From: Prochlorococcus sp. AG-442-B03
Lineage (GTDB): Bacteria > Cyanobacteriota > Cyanobacteriia > PCC-6307 > Cyanobiaceae
Direction: 5' to 3'
Length of the DNA: 32,000 bases
Assembly (NCBI GenBank): GCA_003212395.1
Contig: QCPU01000001.1
Coordinates: forward strand, 164,354 to 196,353
This document shows, piece after piece, positions 26,922 through 32,000 of this stretch (position 1 is the stretch's first letter; each line of letters opens with the position of its first letter). Under the pieces are notes generated by a model. It worked only from the letters and a program-made list of their open reading frames with translations. It did no database searches and had not been told where the DNA came from. The translations under genes were made by a program, and so were the position numbers.

Positions 26922-28382
26922 ATGTGCGGAATAGTTGGAATCGTTTCTTCAAATGATGTAAATCAACAAATTTACGATAGTCTTTTGCTTTTGCAGCATA
27001 GAGGTCAAGACTCAACAGGTATAGCAACAATGGAAAATACTGTTTTTCATATACATAAGGTTAAAGGTCAGGTTAATACTGCTTATAGAACTAGAGATAT
27101 GAGGAATTTAATTGGCAAAATTGGATTGGGTCATGTTAGGTATGCAACAAAGGGATCAGCAGAAAGTGTAGAAGAAGCACAGCCTTTTTATGTTAATGCT
27201 CCTTATGGAATTGTTTTGATACATAATGGAAATTTGACTAATACCAGAGATTTAGAAAAACAGTTATTTAATGTCGACAAGAGGCATACAAATTCTTCAA
27301 GTGATACTGAAATGTTATTAAATGTATTTGCGACAGAATTACAAGAACAAATTCATAATCAAGAATTAGAACCTGATATTATTTTTAATGCGGTCAAATC
27401 TTTACATAAAAGAATTCAGGGGTCATATGCTTCAATTGCTTTAATTTCAGGACATGGTTTATTAGCATTTAGAGATCCTTTTGGTATTAGGCCTTTAGTC
27501 ATAGGAAAAAGACTTTCATTAACCACAAAAAAAGAAGAATGGATGGTTGCAAGCGAATCTTTAGTACTTGAGAATAATGATTATGAAGTAGTGAGAGATG
27601 TAGATCCAGGAGAAGCTGTTTTTATAAATCTTGATGGGGAGTTTTTCTCTAAGCAATGTTCTGAAAATCCAATGTTATTTCCCTGTGCTTTTGAATATGT
27701 TTACTTAGCTAGGCCAGATTCAATTATGAATGGAATTTCAGTCTATAAAGCTCGTTTAAAGATGGGAGATTATTTAGCAGAAACAATAAAAGAAACAATC
27801 AATTCTGGAGATATTGATGTAGTTATGCCTATTCCTGATTCTTCTCGACCCGCAGCAATGCAAGTTGCAAGACAGTTAGGGATAGAATATAGGGAAGGTT
27901 TTTTTAAAAATAGATATGTTGGCAGAACATTCATAATGCCTGGTCAGCAGAAACGTAAGAAATCTGTAAGGCAAAAATTAAATGCCATGAGTGCAGAGTT
28001 TAAAAATAAAAATGTATTAATTGTTGATGACTCGATAGTAAGAGGTACTACTTCAAAAGAAATTGTCCAGATGGCTAAAGATGCAGGAGCAAATAAAGTT
28101 TTTTTTACATCAGCAGCACCACCTGTTCGTTATCCTCATGTTTATGGAATTAATATGCCTAATAGAGATGAATTAATAGCTCATAATAGGACAATAAGTG
28201 AAATCGCCGATAAACTTGAAATTGATAACCTTGTTTATCAAAGTGTTGAAAGTTTGCGTAAATCTATAATTGGTGATTCTCCTATTAAAGGATTAGAGAT
28301 GAGTTGTTTTACTGGTGATTATGTAACTGGAACAGTAAATCAAGAATACTTAAATTGGGTTGAAAATGAATATAAATCTTAG
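26922..28382 (+). CDS. purF: Amidophosphoribosyltransferase
   Basis: 486 aa. N-terminal nucleophile [16 protein letters not shown], and the PRPP-binding loop [14 protein letters not shown]. Confidence 0.95.
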   Translation: MCGIVGIVSSNDVNQQIYDSLLLLQHRGQDSTGIATMENTVFHIHKVKGQVNTAYRTRDMRNLIGKIGLGHVRYATKGSAESVEEAQPFYVNAPYGIVLIHNGNLTNTRDLEKQLFNVDKRHTNSSSDTEMLLNVFATELQEQIHNQELEPDIIFNAVKSLHKRIQGSYASIALISGHGLLAFRDPFGIRPLVIGKRLSLTTKKEEWMVASESLVLENNDYEVVRDVDPGEAVFINLDGEFFSKQCSENPMLFPCAFEYVYLARPDSIMNGISVYKARLKMGDYLAETIKETINSGDIDVVMPIPDSSRPAAMQVARQLGIEYREGFFKNRYVGRTFIMPGQQKRKKSVRQKLNAMSAEFKNKNVLIVDDSIVRGTTSKEIVQMAKDAGANKVFFTSAAPPVRYPHVYGINMPNRDELIAHNRTISEIADKLEIDNLVYQSVESLRKSIIGDSPIKGLEMSCFTGDYVTGTVNQEYLNWVENEYKS

Positions 28383-30820
28383 TCGAGAAAATTTTCAAGT
28401 CGGAAACAATTTTCAAGGTATTCATCATTATCTAATTTTAAAAAATCAATTAAAAAGTTTGATTTATTAGATTTGAAATTTAATTTATTTAGATCTAATC
28501 TTGCAGATTTATTTTTATTAGTTTCAATATCAAGGTAATGGTTATTTGCCATTATTTTGAGGAAGTAATCGTTTTTAATTTTGGTTTTTTCATTCAAATA
28601 CCCTAAACTGCATTCATTTGAGCAGTAAATTTCATTACTATTTATGCAAAAGATTTTTCCTTTTTTAGATATTAAAAAAATATTTTCTCCATCATTAAAT
28701 GTACAACAAGAAATGATTTTTTCAGATGGTAAAAGTTTTGCAATTATCAATCCTTGGGATTGTTTAGAAGTTGGCGTTAAAAATTTATTTGATAAATTAA
28801 ATTTAAATATTCTTCCTATAGAGGTTAATATTATTAAATCTTTGCTTTCATTAGAAATAAAAGAATCAATTGTTTTTAAATTATTTTTTAATTTTGTAAT
28901 TGTGAAAGATCTATTGCTTTTAATCATATCTTCGTCAAATAAAACTTTTTTAAATCTTCCATCTGAATTTAATATGCATAAATAATTTCTGGTTTCTTTT
29001 TTAATTGAATGAAAATTTATTATTTCATTTGGATGAATATTCCCAAGAATTTTATTATCTAATTTATAGTCTTTATTAATACTTGATCCCCAATCAATGT
29101 TAAATACTTTTCCCGTATTTGTGATTCCAATTATTTTTATATTTTTTTCAATATTACATATAAATTTTTGAATATTTTTATTATCAATAATTTTATTTAC
29201 AACCTCAAACGATTTCTTGTAATTACTTAAAATCATCCTTTTTAAATAAAGTCTATTATCTATGTATAATTTTGTTTTTTTATTTATTAAGTCCTCCAAT
29301 ATTTGATTATTAAGCGTTTCTAATTCTTCACTTTGATTTATATTTTTAATTATTTTTGTTTTACGTATAACGTTATATTTTTTCTTTAATACTAATAATT
29401 CTTCTATAAGTAATTCAAGTAATAATTCTCTCTCGTTTAACAATTTTTGAAAATAATTCTTTTTTTGTTCTAAATTTTTTATATCATTATCAATTTGATT
29501 TTTTTCTAGATTTGTTAATTTTTTTAGTGGCATATCCAAAACTGAATTTGCCTGTTTTTCACTTAAGAAAAAAGTCTCTACTAATTTTGATCTAGCTTCT
29601 ACAGAATTTTCTGATTCTTCAATAATTGCGATAACTTTTTTTATGTTTTTTGTAGCTTTAGATAAACCTTCTAATATTTCTAGTTTATCTAGAGTGTTTT
29701 TTAGAAAATAAAAAGTTCTTTTTCTAATTGTCTCTTCTCTAAATTCAACAAAATAGTTGAGATATTTTTTCAGATTTAGTTGTACAGGTTTGCCTTTAAT
29801 TAAAGCTAAGAATATTGCACCAAAGTTAGTTTGGAGAGTTGTTTTTTTATATAAATTAGAAATAACAAGTTCAGAATTAGAATCTTTTTTTAGTTCTATG
29901 ACAATTCTCATTCCATCTCTGTCGCTCTCATCTCTTATATCAGAAATCCCAATAATCTTACCTGAATTAACAAGTTCTGCGAGTTTTTCAATCCAACCTG
30001 CTTTATTAATTTGGTAAGGAAGTTCAGTAATGATTATTGCATTTTTTTTATGTTTCCCTTTGCCTAAATTTACTTCTTCCGTATTTAAAACTCCTCTTAT
30101 AGTTATAGATCCTTTTCCAGTTTGATACAATTCCTCAATTGCTCGACTATAAATTAATTCTCCGCCTGTAGGAAAATCAGGTCCTTTGATAATGTTAGAA
30201 AGTTTTTTATCACTGATATCTTTATTTTTAACTAAGGCAACTAAACCATCTACAATTTCGCCTAGATTGTGAGGGGGAATATTTGTTGCCATCCCAACAG
30301 CAATACCTGATGAGCCGTTCAGCAATAAAAATGGAAGTTGGGCTGGAAGAACATCTGGTTCTTTTTGAGAACCGTCAAAGTTATTTGAAAAGTTTACTGT
30401 TTCTGATCCAATTTCTTCAAGAAATCCTTTATGAGCTATTGGAGCTAATCTGGTCTCAGTATATCTCATTGCTGCCGGCGGATCATTATCTATAGATCCA
30501 AAATTTCCATGACCTTCAAGAGTAGGATATTTAGTTGAAAAATTTTGTACTAGCTTTACTAATGCATCATATACCGCTTGATCTCCGTGAGGATGGTACT
30601 TCCCAAGTACATCTCCAACAACTCTTGCACACTTCCTAAATGGTTTATCAGGTGTTAAACCTAATTCGTACATTGCAAATATGATTCTTCTTTGTACAGG
30701 TTTAAGACCGTCTCTTGCATCAGGCAAAGCGCGCCCAACTATTACGCTCATTGCGTACTCCAAATAAGAACGTTGCATTTCTTCTTGAAGTGAGATGGAA
30801 GTGAAGTTTTTCTTATCCAT
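28379..30820 (-). CDS. Type IIA topoisomerase A subunit paralog (GyrA/ParC-like) with a divergent C-terminal domain
   Basis: 813 aa. The N-terminal ~480 aa are a well-conserved breakage-reunion domain: [36 protein letters not shown], and catalytic Tyr in AAMRYTE. The C-terminal ~330 aa are N/K/I-rich with only faint beta-pinwheel-like blades, and I could not find a GyrA-box (QRRGGKG-type) motif. Confidence 0.85.
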   Translation of the reverse strand: MDKKNFTSISLQEEMQRSYLEYAMSVIVGRALPDARDGLKPVQRRIIFAMYELGLTPDKPFRKCARVVGDVLGKYHPHGDQAVYDALVKLVQNFSTKYPTLEGHGNFGSIDNDPPAAMRYTETRLAPIAHKGFLEEIGSETVNFSNNFDGSQKEPDVLPAQLPFLLLNGSSGIAVGMATNIPPHNLGEIVDGLVALVKNKDISDKKLSNIIKGPDFPTGGELIYSRAIEELYQTGKGSITIRGVLNTEEVNLGKGKHKKNAIIITELPYQINKAGWIEKLAELVNSGKIIGISDIRDESDRDGMRIVIELKKDSNSELVISNLYKKTTLQTNFGAIFLALIKGKPVQLNLKKYLNYFVEFREETIRKRTFYFLKNTLDKLEILEGLSKATKNIKKVIAIIEESENSVEARSKLVETFFLSEKQANSVLDMPLKKLTNLEKNQIDNDIKNLEQKKNYFQKLLNERELLLELLIEELLVLKKKYNVIRKTKIIKNINQSEELETLNNQILEDLINKKTKLYIDNRLYLKRMILSNYKKSFEVVNKIIDNKNIQKFICNIEKNIKIIGITNTGKVFNIDWGSSINKDYKLDNKILGNIHPNEIINFHSIKKETRNYLCILNSDGRFKKVLFDEDMIKSNRSFTITKLKNNLKTIDSFISNESKDLIILTSIGRIFKFNLSNKFLTPTSKQSQGLIIAKLLPSEKIISCCTFNDGENIFLISKKGKIFCINSNEIYCSNECSLGYLNEKTKIKNDYFLKIMANNHYLDIETNKNKSARLDLNKLNFKSNKSNFLIDFLKLDNDEYLENCFRLENFLD

Positions 30821-30896
30821 TAGAGCGCAAATTTAAAAATTATTGATTAACTAAATTAAGACTAATAGGTAAAACAATATTTACCAGTACTGAAAA

Positions 30897-31760
30897 TTAA
30901 GATGATTCAATTATTTTGGATTTTGCAAGCATTACATCTTTTTTAAGCTGTTCATCTTGTAGAAGAATTTCTGTAGAGGCTTGTAATTTTTCTCCCCATA
31001 ACTGTTCTTTTCTATAGTCATAATTGACATATTTGGGATCTTTAGCCAAAGCTTTTTTTGCTAGCTGAATTGCTAATTTAGAATCATTAATTCTTACACA
31101 TGAGGCGAGTCCTAGTAATGGTTCAGCATTTTCTTGAATTGAGATTGCACTTTCAAAAAGTTTGATTGATAAATTTATATTGTTCTTCTCGTAATAAGCT
31201 AAACCTTTATTATTGATTGCCTGCCAGAAATTAGGTTTAATTTTTATTGATTTATCAAACAATTTGATAGCTTCTAAGTAATTTTTTTCCATCAAAAAAA
31301 TATTTCCTAATTGAAAAATAGCATTGTGGTTATTGGGTTCTATATTTATACCTTTTTCTAAAGCACTTTTTGCCTTTGTTTGTTGGGAAATTTTTAAGTA
31401 AATATTACTTTTAGCAAAAAATATTTCGCTAATATTAGAGTTGAGATGTTCTGCTTTATCAAGTGAATTTAATGCTTTTTTGTGTTGTTTGTTAGCTATT
31501 TGTGCTTCTGCCAAAATTAACCATAGTTTTTCATCTTTCGCATATATTTTTACAGCTAATTTTGCTAAGTTCAGACTTTCTTTATATTGTCCAAAATAAA
31601 GTAGTTGATATGCATTTTTCCCTAGATATGAACTTTGCTTTTGTAAATTTTTTATTGTAGGGAAATAATAATATGGAACTATTGCTTGAACTTTTTTTAC
31701 CTGAAGAAAAGAAAAATTAATCAAGGAAATCCAGATTATTAGTTTTAAAATTTTTTTCAT
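30897..31760 (-). CDS. Secreted TPR-repeat protein
   Basis: 287 aa. Signal-peptide-like N-terminus (MKKILKLIIWISLINFSFLQVKKVQA), then repeated A..Y..A / P.N TPR-type 34-mers (e.g. AIFQLGNIFLMEKNYLEAIKLFDKSIKIKPN). Confidence 0.75.
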   Translation of the reverse strand: MKKILKLIIWISLINFSFLQVKKVQAIVPYYYFPTIKNLQKQSSYLGKNAYQLLYFGQYKESLNLAKLAVKIYAKDEKLWLILAEAQIANKQHKKALNSLDKAEHLNSNISEIFFAKSNIYLKISQQTKAKSALEKGINIEPNNHNAIFQLGNIFLMEKNYLEAIKLFDKSIKIKPNFWQAINNKGLAYYEKNNINLSIKLFESAISIQENAEPLLGLASCVRINDSKLAIQLAKKALAKDPKYVNYDYRKEQLWGEKLQASTEILLQDEQLKKDVMLAKSKIIESS

Positions 31761-32000
31761 ATTTTTTTATTATTTAGATTTGCTCGTATGTTTCTTTTCC
31801 ACATCCATGGTTTGATTCTTTTTAATGTAGTTCCTTGAAGCTTTTCTTTCCAAGTTTTATCGTCCCAATTTAACGACTCAATATCAAGATTATTAATCCA
31901 TTCTTTAGGTGTAGTTTCAAAATTATTGTTGTATGGCACTGACTTATTCCAAGGGCATACATCTTGACAAATATCACATCCAGCAACCCATCCTTCTAAA
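31757..32000 (-). CDS. queG: Epoxyqueuosine reductase (QueG-type Fe-S protein), C-terminal part; the gene continues beyond the window
   Basis: The reading frame stays open to the window edge upstream of the tracked GVG-start ORF. The minus strand from 31999 reads LEGWVAGCDICQDVCPWNKSVPYNN..., a CxxCxxxCP ferredoxin-type motif typical of the QueG C-terminal region. Its TGA stop overlaps the ATG of the downstream TPR gene. Confidence 0.7.
   Translation of the reverse strand, partial: LEGWVAGCDICQDVCPWNKSVPYNNNFETTPKEWINNLDIESLNWDDKTWKEKLQGTTLKRIKPWMWKRNIRANLNNKKI

Noticed and set aside
30868-30885. GGTAAA-ACAATA-TTTACC hairpin after the TPR gene stop, and the GAAAATTTTC palindrome at 28387-28396, considered as intrinsic terminators.
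   Set aside because: The stems are short (6 bp or less) and AT-rich, one has no loop, and neither is followed by a clear U-tract. They cannot be told apart from chance symmetry in AT-rich DNA.
1-32000. Scanned the whole window for mobile elements, CRISPR arrays, tRNA/rRNA genes, defence or toxin-antitoxin modules, and compositional islands.
   Set aside because: Every ORF of 150 aa or more is a recognisable housekeeping or conserved cyanobacterial gene. Spacers are too short and too AT-rich for tRNAs, and I saw no repeat-spacer arrays, terminal inverted repeats or integrase/transposase-like translations. The window reads as core genome.

Overview
This is a very AT-rich, tightly packed window of housekeeping genes. 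Gene content and order fit the core genome of a marine picocyanobacterium, most likely a high-light-clade Prochlorococcus; that assignment rests on remembered synteny, not a search. I call 25 protein-coding genes. Plus strand: acnB, a ClC channel, a DAO-family FAD oxidoreductase, aroE, rpsF, a DUF3134-like gene, mraY, an 81-aa hypothetical, an ABC1 kinase, a DUF1400-like gene, thrC, dnaN, a PRC-barrel-like gene, purL and purF. Minus strand: purU, dnaK, argG, a small 2-TM ORF, sps, uvrA, recN, a GyrA/ParC-like paralog, a TPR protein and a partial queG. I found no tRNA or rRNA genes, CRISPR arrays, transposases, integrases, or recognisable defence or toxin modules. The 338-bp thrC-dnaN spacer is the longest non-coding stretch and looks like the chromosomal origin, with degenerate DnaA boxes in two opposed groups and an AT-rich repeat tract. 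I do not see convincing evidence for a novel multi-gene system. The observations most worth a second look are an orphan GyrA/ParC-like subunit with a degenerate C-terminal domain near the origin, and convergent gene pairs with little or no intergenic space, including a 67-nt dual-coding overlap. Others are a ClC transporter with Leu in place of the central chloride-coordinating Tyr, and several conserved unknown proteins tightly coupled to essential genes (dnaN, mraY, ABC1). All calls come from reading the ORF translations and the DNA by eye; no searches or computations were run.
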